DNA of 64,000 nucleotides from a virus (IMGVR_UViG_3300027704_003324:1-64000), one strand, 5' to 3'. Positions 54,988-63,799 are shown, counted from the first letter of the stretch. Numbers and translations are program-made. The notes: generated by a model from the sequence alone, not told the origin.

Positions 54988-56654
54988 TTTTTCATTATTA
55001 AATAATTGTTAATAACAAGATAAGGGATATCACTATTAATGAACCTTGTTACAGCTTGTTCTGGTGTTCTAGTTATCGTCTGATCTTTAAGGTTAAACGA
55101 TGTATTTAGTACAACACCATGTCCTGATACTCTTTTTAGTTCCTGTAGTAATAAATAGTACTTTTTGTTCCTTTGTTTAGTAACTGATTGAATCCTAGCT
55201 GTATTATCTATGTGAGTAGCAGAAGGAAATAAGTTTTTAGCAGTCTCTTTTACTTTAACTACTTGATTCATATAAGGGACAGCTTCATTAGCGTCAAAAT
55301 ACTTAAGTACATCCTCATTAAGAACTGATGGAGCAAAAGGTCTAAACCCTTCTCTCTTTTTTATTGTATAGTTTAACTTATCTCTCATTTTAGCATTTGT
55401 TGGGGAAGCTAGTATACTTCTATTACCTAATGCTCTAGCTCCAAATTCCATACGGCCTTGAAACCATGCTACAATATTCTGGTTGTTAATTAGTGAAGCT
55501 GTTCGTTTTAGTAAAACTTCATAATCTAGTTTTAAAAAAGAAACTTTCCCTACGTTGTCCTCTAGTACTCCCTGTATATACTCATCTGTATAATGGTTTC
55601 CTAAATAAGGTGTAATATTGGTATGTTTAGGTCCTAAATAAGCAACTAGACAAGCTCCTATAGCTGATCCAGCATCTGAAGGTGCAAAAGGTATGTGGAT
55701 ATTTTTAAAGTACTTATAAGCTTTATTATTTGCTACTCCATTATATGCACATCCTCCTCCTAAACATAAATTGTCAGAATTACATATTAGTTTAGCTCTT
55801 TCTACTAATTTTAAAAACTCTCTTTCGTAAATATTCTGTAAAGCGCAAGCTAAATCTTTATGTTCTTGAGTAACTGGTTCTTCCGGTAAACGAGGTGCTA
55901 ACTGAAGTAATCCTGCAAGGTGTTTCGTGAACATTATATTATCTGAGTATTCCCAGGTAAAGTATCCTTGGTCTATTTCGAATTTATTAGAAGTTACATT
56001 AATAAATACTTGGTCTAATTTTTCATAGTATGTATTAGGATTTCCATACGGTGATAACCCCATTACTTTGTATTCTCCTTCATTTGGCTTAAACCCTAAA
56101 AAAGCTGTTATAGTTGAATATAACATTCCTAATGAATGTGGGAAGTCTATACTTAATTTCTTATCAATACCTTTTTCATCTCCTTTACTTATAGTAACAG
56201 TTTCAAATTCTCCAACTCCGTCTACTGTTAAAATTGCTGCGTCTTTATAAGGGGAAGTATAAAAAGAAAAAGCAGCGTGAGATAAATGATGATCTATATA
56301 TTTAATTTTACCCTTATATCCGTAGTTTTCTTTTAATAAAGTTTCTGGGTTATTTGCCTTATACTCTTTAAGGAATTTTCTACGTTTAAAAAATGTTCTT
56401 ATTGGCCTTTTTGCAAAAGACTTAAGAACTCTTTGTTTCTTCTTTTCCGGAACTTCATACCAGCATACTTCATTAACTTCTTCCATACTAATGCCAGTAT
56501 CTTTAAGGCACCAATTAATTGAATTTGTGGGAAAACTATAATCATGTTTAATCTCTGTAAATCTTTCTTCTTCTACAGCTGCTACTACTTTTCCGTCTAT
56601 TACTAAACAAGCAGCACTATCATGGTAAAAAGCAGATATTCCTAATTGTATCAT
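54984..56654 (-). CDS. NodU/CmcH-family carbamoyltransferase
   Basis: HDSAA, EEERF, HH.SHA, DGVGE, GEYKVMGL..YG, EFGARALGNRSIL, NTSFN. Confidence 0.95.
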   Translation of the reverse strand: MIQLGISAFYHDSAACLVIDGKVVAAVEEERFTEIKHDYSFPTNSINWCLKDTGISMEEVNEVCWYEVPEKKKQRVLKSFAKRPIRTFFKRRKFLKEYKANNPETLLKENYGYKGKIKYIDHHLSHAAFSFYTSPYKDAAILTVDGVGEFETVTISKGDEKGIDKKLSIDFPHSLGMLYSTITAFLGFKPNEGEYKVMGLSPYGNPNTYYEKLDQVFINVTSNKFEIDQGYFTWEYSDNIMFTKHLAGLLQLAPRLPEEPVTQEHKDLACALQNIYEREFLKLVERAKLICNSDNLCLGGGCAYNGVANNKAYKYFKNIHIPFAPSDAGSAIGACLVAYLGPKHTNITPYLGNHYTDEYIQGVLEDNVGKVSFLKLDYEVLLKRTASLINNQNIVAWFQGRMEFGARALGNRSILASPTNAKMRDKLNYTIKKREGFRPFAPSVLNEDVLKYFDANEAVPYMNQVVKVKETAKNLFPSATHIDNTARIQSVTKQRNKKYYLLLQELKRVSGHGVVLNTSFNLKDQTITRTPEQAVTRFINSDIPYLVINNYLIMKK

Positions 56655-56860
56655 TCTTTATTTATTCCGTATTTACTGTACTTATACCAAGCTCTCTCAT
56701 GAAAATAGTAAAGTATCATTTTTGTTATTACTTCTACTCCGCCAATTGAAAGTCCTATTTTCCAACTTCCTGTAATTAACCAAGATAGTATAAATGTATC
56801 TATAGTTCCAACTATTCTCCAAGATATAGTTTTAGCTAAATGTCTTTTATAATTTACCAT
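56651..56860 (-). CDS. DUF2061-like small membrane protein
   Basis: KTISWRIVGT.DT, YYFHERAW. Confidence 0.85.
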   Translation of the reverse strand: MVNYKRHLAKTISWRIVGTIDTFILSWLITGSWKIGLSIGGVEVITKMILYYFHERAWYKYSKYGINKE

Positions 56861-57203
56861 CCTCCTTCATTTGGTTCCTGATCTTAGTAGCTGAGATATC
56901 GTGTATGTCCTTGGGAGGTACGTGCTCTATTACTTCGTATCCTACTCCCCTACCGTAATTAATTGACTCAATATCCGGAATCTTAATTACCTTAACTCTT
57001 CCTTCTTCTATTAAATCTTTAAGCTCTTCTGCTAAATTCATTAGGACTTCTTGTGCAGTCCAAGGTTGTGACGAATTAGGCTCTACATCTCTAATGCAAA
57101 CTAATACGTTTTTACCTATTTTTAATCTTTGTTCGATTAACCATCTATGGCCTGGATGCCAAGGTTGCCATCTACCGATGTACATTGAAAATTGTTTGCT
57201 CAT
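56847..57203 (-). CDS. HxGH nucleotidyltransferase (cytidylyltransferase-like), candidate minimal ATP sulfurylase
   Basis: GRWQPWHPGH, ISATKIR; coupled to cysC. Confidence 0.75.
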   Translation of the reverse strand: MSKQFSMYIGRWQPWHPGHRWLIEQRLKIGKNVLVCIRDVEPNSSQPWTAQEVLMNLAEELKDLIEEGRVKVIKIPDIESINYGRGVGYEVIEHVPPKDIHDISATKIRNQMKEDGKL

Positions 57204-57640
57204 AATCCGAATACTATATGTTCTATTAAATTATATGATGCTTCTGGGGTATCTATTGTTGTGTTGATAGCAATGAAGTCTTTTTTAGGAGCTATATAAG
57301 CTTCTGCTTTAAAATGATCTCTTTCTCTAGGTTCAGTAGTATAGACGTAAAATTCACAAATATTTTTTTCACCTATTAATGTTTTAAAATCCTCTCTTTG
57401 GTCAATATAAGGAGCTATTAAAGAAACAATAACTGTTCTTCCTTTTTTATGTAGGTAGTGTGCTATTTTTTGTGCTGTAGTTACGTTTTCTACTCTTCCT
57501 TTTATTGAATAGTCTTTATTAGTTGTTAACTCTCTTAAATCGTCTCCATCAATATGAAAAGAGCCTGGTATTGCTGTATGTAGCTTTTTAGCTAATGTAG
57601 TCTTTCCAGCTGCTGGCTGGCCTGTAAACCAATATATCAT
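57200..57640 (-). CDS. cysC: adenylyl-sulfate kinase
   Basis: WFTG...AGKTTLA, IDGDDLR, YS..GR.EN, SLIAPY..QR. Confidence 0.88.
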   Translation of the reverse strand: MIYWFTGQPAAGKTTLAKKLHTAIPGSFHIDGDDLRELTTNKDYSIKGRVENVTTAQKIAHYLHKKGRTVIVSLIAPYIDQREDFKTLIGEKNICEFYVYTTEPRERDHFKAEAYIAPKKDFIAINTTIDTPEASYNLIEHIVFGL

Positions 57641-57641
57641 A

Positions 57642-57836
57642 TTACTGTTTTGTTTTAGCTATTCTAGCTGCTTCAATTATTGCTTCTGTTGAATATTTAG
57701 TTAGGATTGTATAAGCTTCCTTAACCTCTTCTGGGGTAGGTATATAGTTGTTTATATACCTTACTGAAGGAATGTTCTGTATGAGACTTGTTGTCTCATC
57801 ATTATTTTCATACCATTTACTAATTGTATCGCTCAT
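57642..57836 (-). CDS. hypothetical protein
   Basis: coupled ORF. Confidence 0.55.
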   Translation of the reverse strand: MSDTISKWYENNDETTSLIQNIPSVRYINNYIPTPEEVKEAYTILTKYSTEAIIEAARIAKTKQ

Positions 57837-58420
57837 AACTTTAAATCTTTTCTAATATCTTTTTTTACTACGTTTAAATACTCAGCTCTTTTCTTTGCAT
57901 CTACAAATGGTACTGACCAGAATTGTTTTGTTTTAAACCATCTATTTAGATTCCATCCGAATACAAATGTATAGACTCCCATTACTAATCTCAATTTAAC
58001 TGAATTAAGGTATAACGTAATAACAGGTAACATCGGTGCTCCATGTGTAATATATGTTCTAACTTTCTTATCACTTAACCTTGGTTTAGGATAAGCATAT
58101 TTACCTGTAATAGGTACAAAGTTATATGCAAAACCTGGTGTTAGTACTTCATCAAAAAATGTTTCCATCTTCGGTGTCATTCTAAACCACCAAACAGGTG
58201 ATACAAAGTATATGTGAGTAGACCAAGTAATTAGCTTTTTATATTCCTTTATCAATTCTGTTCTATCACGATGTAGTTTATCATCATATACATCGATGAT
58301 TTCATATACTTCGTTATTCTTTTCCAATTGCCTTATGATAGTTTTAAATATACCATTATAACAAAATGATTTTTGATCAGGATGCCCTATTACTACTAAA
58401 TGTTTGAACTTCTTTTTCAC
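57833..58420 (-). CDS. flavodoxin-2 family NAD(P)H:quinone oxidoreductase
   Basis: GHPD..SF, PVWWF..P, FFD.V..PGFAY, ITHG.P. Confidence 0.85.
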   Translation of the reverse strand: MKKKFKHLVVIGHPDQKSFCYNGIFKTIIRQLEKNNEVYEIIDVYDDKLHRDRTELIKEYKKLITWSTHIYFVSPVWWFRMTPKMETFFDEVLTPGFAYNFVPITGKYAYPKPRLSDKKVRTYITHGAPMLPVITLYLNSVKLRLVMGVYTFVFGWNLNRWFKTKQFWSVPFVDAKKRAEYLNVVKKDIRKDLKL

Positions 58421-58438
58421 TTACATTATTTTAATTTG

Positions 58439-58512
58439 TGGAGAATATCGGAGTCGAACCGATGACCTCCTGCGTGCAAGGCAGGCGCTCTAGCCAGCTG
58501 AGCTAATCCCCC
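58439..58512 (-). tRNA. tRNA-Ala(TGC)
   Basis: GGGGGATTAGCTCAGCTGGCTAGAGCGCCTGCCTTGCACGCAGGAGGTCATCGGTTCGACTCCGATATTCTCCA; G3:U70 identity pair; CCA not fully encoded. Confidence 0.97.
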
Positions 58513-58514
58513 AT

Positions 58515-58610
58515 AAAAGAGACATTTCGGGTCTTTCAAGGTTACTGCATTAATGACAAGGTTAACCTTTACCTATATCTGTCAATTTAATCAGCTTTAC
58601 TGTCTCTCTT
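58515..58610 (-). ncRNA. candidate 6S-like rod-shaped RNA
   Basis: closing stem AAGAGAGACA/UGUCUCUUUU, asymmetric bubble, inner helices GCUG/CAGU, AUUAA/UUAAU, UGACA/UGUCA. Confidence 0.55.
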
Positions 58611-58614
58611 AATT

Positions 58615-58767
58615 TTAAATAGAACGATGTCTTCTTTTACTGTCCCATTCTACTTTTCTTGTACTACCTAACATAGATAGATTTGCTACTTTACTGTTAA
58701 AGGAATCCCTCATACCGTTTACTTGGGTATTTCCGTTTTGCTGACTACTTGAATCTACTTTTACCAT
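58615..58767 (-). CDS. small protein (50 aa, MVKVDSSSQQNGN...)
   Basis: translated by hand; class-II motif at 58811-58818. Confidence 0.5.
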   Translation of the reverse strand: MVKVDSSSQQNGNTQVNGMRDSFNSKVANLSMLGSTRKVEWDSKRRHRSI

Positions 58768-58844
58768 TACTTTTACTTACTAAATTAATATATATTGTTG
58801 TTTACGAACATATAAATATACAAAAAATATTTTAAGTCGCTTAA

Positions 58845-59660
58845 TTAATCTCTTCCTTTAATAACGGCTGAATTATGGTCTGAAAGTATAAGCTCTACAT
58901 GCGTTTTCGCAACGTTGTATTCAACTTCTCCACTTTCATCCTCATATTGTACAGGGTCATCCACACCCAACATGATAAATGCTTCAATTCTTTCAACAGA
59001 TGATGCTGATTTATAGTCGCTATTACCGCTAGGATAAGGCTTATAGGAAGTATTAGTACGTTTGTACACTTCATTAAAATCAATTCCCAACTCTTTAACC
59101 AGTTTCTGTCCATCTTTTAATATTCCAAATTTGTCTGTATCTAAGTAAGGAGTAAAATACCCTACTCTTTCTGCATCCCAATTCCCTTCTCGAAATGCTA
59201 AATCATCCGCGTCTCTAAACTCTTGTCTACAGTCCGGATATACTGCATGATCACCTGCGTGAATACCTAAAGCAATATCACAGGTCTCTTCTGCTTTATT
59301 AGCTACTGATAATGCTACAGCTTGTGTAATAGAAGCAAATATCTTATTCCTATTAGGTACTACTGTTTCTTTCATATTATCATTCTCATAATGTCCTTCA
59401 GGTACATCATCTCCTCCTTCAACTAATGCTGAATCTAGAAGGCTTGCAAGTCCGTCTAGTTTAATTTGACGATAATTAACTCTATGACCATTATCAGCTA
59501 GATAATTAATTAAAGATTGAGCCTTTTCTAACTCTACTCTATGCTTTTGACCATAATCAAATGAAATACCAGTTACGGTATCGTACTCTTTTAATGCTCT
59601 TAATAATAATGTGGAACTATCCATTCCACCACTTAATGATACTACTACATGCTTTGCCAT
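58845..59660 (-). CDS. queC: 7-cyano-7-deazaguanine synthase
   Basis: SLSGGMDS, FDYGQKH, VVPNRN, YPDCR.EF, S..ER..AF; the usual C-terminal Zn cysteines are replaced (SYKP...SASS). Confidence 0.93.
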   Translation of the reverse strand: MAKHVVVSLSGGMDSSTLLLRALKEYDTVTGISFDYGQKHRVELEKAQSLINYLADNGHRVNYRQIKLDGLASLLDSALVEGGDDVPEGHYENDNMKETVVPNRNKIFASITQAVALSVANKAEETCDIALGIHAGDHAVYPDCRQEFRDADDLAFREGNWDAERVGYFTPYLDTDKFGILKDGQKLVKELGIDFNEVYKRTNTSYKPYPSGNSDYKSASSVERIEAFIMLGVDDPVQYEDESGEVEYNVAKTHVELILSDHNSAVIKGRD

Positions 59661-59748
59661 GTTCTATTATTTTTTAATTTGCCAGGTATTGATAACGTAT
59701 AGGCGGACGTTTTATTTAATATATGAAATATACTTCTATATTCCAACC

Positions 59749-60054
59749 TTATACTTCTAAAACTGAGGTTAGTGAATTACTAACAGTTTTCCATTTAGCA
59801 GCATACTCTTTTAAACTGTATACTTTTTTAGTAGGGTCACCATTAAGTAACTCTTTAGCAACTGTTTTTAAAGCTCCACCGAAGTGGGCTGGGTAGCATA
59901 TGGTTTTAATGTATTCGGTATCGTTATCTCCTTTGATAACTCTTTCGTAAACCGTATAACCTCCTGATTGAGATTTAGCGATAAAAAACGGTTCCATTAC
60001 CGGATCTTGAATCACGGTATCTCCTGCGGGTATTGAATCTGGTTTTCTTAACAT
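59749..60054 (-). CDS. hypothetical protein
   Basis: 101-aa ORF. Confidence 0.65.
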   Translation of the reverse strand: MLRKPDSIPAGDTVIQDPVMEPFFIAKSQSGGYTVYERVIKGDNDTEYIKTICYPAHFGGALKTVAKELLNGDPTKKVYSLKEYAAKWKTVSNSLTSVLEV

Positions 60055-60072
60055 AACTGATTTTAGTTTATT

Positions 60073-60336
60073 TTAAAATAATATTAACTCTTTTAGGGCT
60101 TGCTCTCTTAATTGCCCTACTTCTTTCTTTACTTCTTTACCTTCCTGTAGTACGACTGTAAAAGGAATACTCTTAACTTTATATTCTGCTGCTAATCCAG
60201 TAGTATCCGTTTCAATATTTACATTAACGAATTCTACCTTATCTTTTAGCTCTTCAGCTACTTTATCAAAAGTTTTAGCATAGACTTTACATGGTCCACA
60301 CCAATCGGCGTAGAACTTAATTACTTTTGTTCCCAT
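60073..60336 (-). CDS. trxA: thioredoxin
   Basis: FYADWCGPCK, VKSIP. Confidence 0.92.
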   Translation of the reverse strand: MGTKVIKFYADWCGPCKVYAKTFDKVAEELKDKVEFVNVNIETDTTGLAAEYKVKSIPFTVVLQEGKEVKKEVGQLREQALKELILF

Positions 60337-60500
60337 AAGGCTTGGTGTTGTTGTAAGAATCGGCTTTTGAAAACTTAGCTCGAGGCTTTGAAGTTGATGT
60401 TGTTCTTGTTGGTTTATCCAACCAGCTCATTAGTTGAGCTACAGTTTGTTTTGCGGAATTTTGCGACATAAATAACTTATTTTGTTTATATTCTATATAT

Positions 60501-60533
60501 ACAATATACGAACTATAAGGGGTAAAAGCAACT
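60501..60533 (-). promoter_or_regulatory. class-I promoter
   Basis: AGTTG-N16-TTCGTATATTGT. Confidence 0.7.
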
Positions 60534-60534
60534 G

Positions 60535-61074
60535 TTAATAGTAATAACTTCCTAATTGATATCTAGCGTACCAGTTAAGGTTTCCGTCGTGGCTACCAGA
60601 AGTAATTGTTATTGGGGAGTTACCTAATGTTGAACCACTAAATGCGTTGTTTGCAAACCATCCAGCAAATTCATATGGGTAGGTTGCTGTAGCTGTTAGA
60701 GTCATTGAAGGGCTACTACCAAAGTCTTGACGGTAACTGACTTCTGCTGTGGTAGTTACTTCTGTTGATCCTACTATCTCTACTGATCCATATGTTCCAG
60801 CGTTTACTGTATAAAAGTAAACGTTTTGGGCTAATTCACCAATACTTCCGGAACCTAAGTTAACGCATGTTGTAAGGTTTTGAACGTAGAACTGTGTAGC
60901 ATTGTCTTCAACGGTAAAAAACAGTCCATCATATAGGTCTTCTCCAGTAAATACTCCACTTGCAGAAACACTACTAGTTAGCAGGTTAGATGCAGAGATG
61001 GAGTTCTTAAATATATTCAGTGTGAGTATATCACCTGAAATTGCTGTGTTTTTTATTTTAACTACTTTGCTCAT
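60535..61074 (-). CDS. beta-rich putative structural protein (C-terminal Flg_new/InlB-B-repeat-like)
   Basis: TLTATA...YEFAGW...WYARY; class-II motif 4 nt upstream of the ATG. Confidence 0.55.
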   Translation of the reverse strand: MSKVVKIKNTAISGDILTLNIFKNSISASNLLTSSVSASGVFTGEDLYDGLFFTVEDNATQFYVQNLTTCVNLGSGSIGELAQNVYFYTVNAGTYGSVEIVGSTEVTTTAEVSYRQDFGSSPSMTLTATATYPYEFAGWFANNAFSGSTLGNSPITITSGSHDGNLNWYARYQLGSYYY

Positions 61075-61088
61075 ATATTATAAATAGG

Positions 61089-62804
61089 TTAACCATCACA
61101 ACTTAGACACTCAGTAGATGTTCTACTACCTATATCCCCATTAATAACACTATCAGTACGTAAGTAGTATAGTGTTTTGACACCTAATCTCCAGGCTGTT
61201 TGGTGAACTTCGTTAATAAATTTAGGACTATCAGTAGGATCGAAAGCTAAATTAAGTGATTGAGTCTGGTCAATGTACTTTTGTCTAGCTGCTGCTTGCT
61301 CTACTAACTTTAATTGGTTAATTTCAGCAAAAGTAAGGAATATTGGTTTATCCTCTGAAGGCATTACATCTTCGGGTAAATTAGCGATAGAACCTCTATC
61401 TTTCATAATTTGATCCCAAATTTCTTCACTATTATGACCTCTTTCCTCTAAATAGGATTCTAGAGCTCCGTTTTTACGTATAAAAGTGCCTTTTGCAGAG
61501 TTAAATGTGTATACATTAGCTGGTACTGGTTCTATTCCTGCAGATACTCCTCCTGCTATAGTACTATTAGAAACTGTTGGTGCAATAGCCATAACATGAG
61601 TATTTCTCATACCAGTACCTTTACACCATAGCGGTTCTCCGTATTCATCTGCTAATTTTCTTGAAGCATTTTCAGCTTTCTGTTTGATATCAGAAAATAT
61701 CTGATGAGTATATGATGTTGCAGCTATAGAATCGAAAGGAATTCTTTCGTTCTGTAAAAATGTATGCCATCCTAATACTCCTAATCCAATTGCTCTTCCT
61801 TTCTTAGCAGATCTATGAGACCTTACTAAAGATTCTTTACCATTAGTTTTAACTAAAAACTCTTCCATTACTCCGTCTAAGAAGTAAATTGCAGTTTCAA
61901 TTAAGTCACTATTCTTCCATTCGTGGTATTTAGATAAATTAACAGATGAAAGACAGCATATAAAAGAGTGCTCTTCGTCAGTATGTAATGTAATCTCAGA
62001 ACATATATTAGTCATAGATACATCTAAATTATTTTTCTTATATGCTGGTGGGTTAGCATTATTAACAGTATCGGAGAACATAATATAAGGTTCACCTGTT
62101 TCTACTCTAGATTTTAGTATTTTTACCCAAGTACCCATTGCCTCAGGGTCTCTATGATCAAGTTTTTGCATAAAGTTATCATCCACTACAACACATTGGT
62201 GTAGGTTTAGACACTGTCTGTTAGGGTCTCCTTTAGGTCGTCTAATCTCTAAGTATTCGTTAATATCTGGGTGATTTATATCTAGGTTTACTGATGCTGC
62301 TCCTCTACGAACTGATCCTTGATTTGTAGCAATTATAGTAGAATCGTATATCTTAGCCCAAGGTACTATACCTTCGGATTGTCCTGTATCTCCGTTTCCT
62401 ATTTTACCGCCTCTACCTCTTACCTTAGATAATCCAATTCCGACTCCTCCTCCTAATGAAGTTAGTCTCATTAATTCTGCGTTAGTAAGTCCTATACCTC
62501 TTATAGAGTCTGGAGTATCTATACCGAAACAAGAGATTGGGAGTCCCTTGTCTGTACCGGTATTAGATAAAACAGGTGAGGCTAAGTTCAACCAACCTTT
62601 CCACATATAACGAAAAAACTTATTTGCTAAGTCAGGTCGATCTAATCTTCTAGCTACTGTATCAGCAACTCTTTTAAATGCTTTTTTAGGAGTTTCGTCC
62701 GAAAGTAAATATCCTTTGGATATAGTTGCAATTGAAACTTCATTCATCCATTCTGGATAATCTTTACCTTTTTCCCACACAGAGGTATCTATTTCTATAC
62801 TCAT
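61089..62804 (-). CDS. nrdA: class Ia ribonucleotide reductase alpha subunit, short form without ATP cone
   Basis: SPVL.N, ISCF, GGGVG, RRGA, TNICSEI, APT.S, LYY, C-terminal CLSCDG. Confidence 0.96.
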   Translation of the reverse strand: MSIEIDTSVWEKGKDYPEWMNEVSIATISKGYLLSDETPKKAFKRVADTVARRLDRPDLANKFFRYMWKGWLNLASPVLSNTGTDKGLPISCFGIDTPDSIRGIGLTNAELMRLTSLGGGVGIGLSKVRGRGGKIGNGDTGQSEGIVPWAKIYDSTIIATNQGSVRRGAASVNLDINHPDINEYLEIRRPKGDPNRQCLNLHQCVVVDDNFMQKLDHRDPEAMGTWVKILKSRVETGEPYIMFSDTVNNANPPAYKKNNLDVSMTNICSEITLHTDEEHSFICCLSSVNLSKYHEWKNSDLIETAIYFLDGVMEEFLVKTNGKESLVRSHRSAKKGRAIGLGVLGWHTFLQNERIPFDSIAATSYTHQIFSDIKQKAENASRKLADEYGEPLWCKGTGMRNTHVMAIAPTVSNSTIAGGVSAGIEPVPANVYTFNSAKGTFIRKNGALESYLEERGHNSEEIWDQIMKDRGSIANLPEDVMPSEDKPIFLTFAEINQLKLVEQAAARQKYIDQTQSLNLAFDPTDSPKFINEVHQTAWRLGVKTLYYLRTDSVINGDIGSRTSTECLSCDG

Positions 62805-62818
62805 TTCTTATTTATTTT

Positions 62819-63799
62819 TTAAAACATTGTTTCTGCATCCCAGTCCATATGACCTTTAGCATAATTTGTAACTCTATTAGCAAAGAAATCTGTTTGTTGT
62901 TTACCTGCTATTACAGCATCAAACCATTTCATCGTTTTTAAAGCTCCTTTGTTGATATCCGCTGAAGGAATTAAAGGCTTTAGCCCTAAGTCCCCCATTT
63001 TAGTATTGACTCTATGTTTTATAAAGTTCTTAAGCTCGTCTTTAGTTAAATTTTCTAAATCACCCATTTCAAATACCTTATCAATAAAGTCAAACTCTAA
63101 CTTAATAGCTGCTGTAGCTGCTTCTCTAATATCTTCTTCTAATTTAGGAGTTTTAAACTCAGGATGTTCTTCCATAAGAGTTCTAAATAACCAGCATCCA
63201 GCATTACTATGAAGAGATTCATCTCTTACTGACCATTCTACTATCTGTCCGACTCCTTTCAATAGGTTTCTCATTTTAAAAGACAGTAACACTGCAAAGG
63301 AACTAAATAAGTTAACACCTTCTGTAAAGGCAGAAAAGATAGCTAGAGAGACAGCTCTTTGATGCCAATCTGGTTTATCATGACTATCCCGAACATTCAT
63401 TAAGTTCTCTATTTTAGCCATAGTTGCCTCATCTTCCATAAATTCCGCAAAGTTATCTAATCCTAATTGTTCATTGAGAAGTGAATAAGCTTCTGCATGA
63501 ATAGTTTCAAAAGAACCAAACGTTACGCCCATCATAATTACTTCTGGTTTTCTAAACCAAGTGGTAACCAAGTTTGTCCAGTAATCATTTACTACTGTTT
63601 CTGTTTGTGCAAAGCCTTTTAGAATACCTCCTATTAGGTTCTTTTCATGTTCTTTTAGATTAGAATTCCAATCTGTTACATCTTGTGACATGGGTACTTC
63701 CGTATGTAACCAGTGTGCCTGCTGTTGTTTAAGCCAGTAGTCATATGCTTGTGGGTACTCAAAGGGTTTGTAGACGATTCTTTCGTTTAATAAACTCAT
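62819..63799 (-). CDS. nrdB: class Ia ribonucleotide reductase beta subunit
   Basis: KPFEYP, W...EV, ETIHAEAY, EG..LFSSF, RDESLH, DFF..RV..Y. Confidence 0.96.
   Translation of the reverse strand: MSLLNERIVYKPFEYPQAYDYWLKQQQAHWLHTEVPMSQDVTDWNSNLKEHEKNLIGGILKGFAQTETVVNDYWTNLVTTWFRKPEVIMMGVTFGSFETIHAEAYSLLNEQLGLDNFAEFMEDEATMAKIENLMNVRDSHDKPDWHQRAVSLAIFSAFTEGVNLFSSFAVLLSFKMRNLLKGVGQIVEWSVRDESLHSNAGCWLFRTLMEEHPEFKTPKLEEDIREAATAAIKLEFDFIDKVFEMGDLENLTKDELKNFIKHRVNTKMGDLGLKPLIPSADINKGALKTMKWFDAVIAGKQQTDFFANRVTNYAKGHMDWDAETMF

Noticed and set aside
17018-59113. Alternative-frame minus-strand ORFs nested in genes (17018, 25366, 26469, 30877, 30962, 48735, 58895)
   Set aside because: They lie within or largely overlap better-supported CDSs and have no motifs.
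234-63212. All + strand ORFs in the track (e.g. 234-623, 21971-22366, 34017-34355, 53338-53628)
   Set aside because: They are antisense shadows of well-supported minus-strand genes, with no recognisable motifs or promoters.
40589-63799. Inteins or introns in polA, nrdA or nrdB
   Set aside because: Lengths are compact, motifs are contiguous, and no Hint or LAGLIDADG blocks were seen in these genes.
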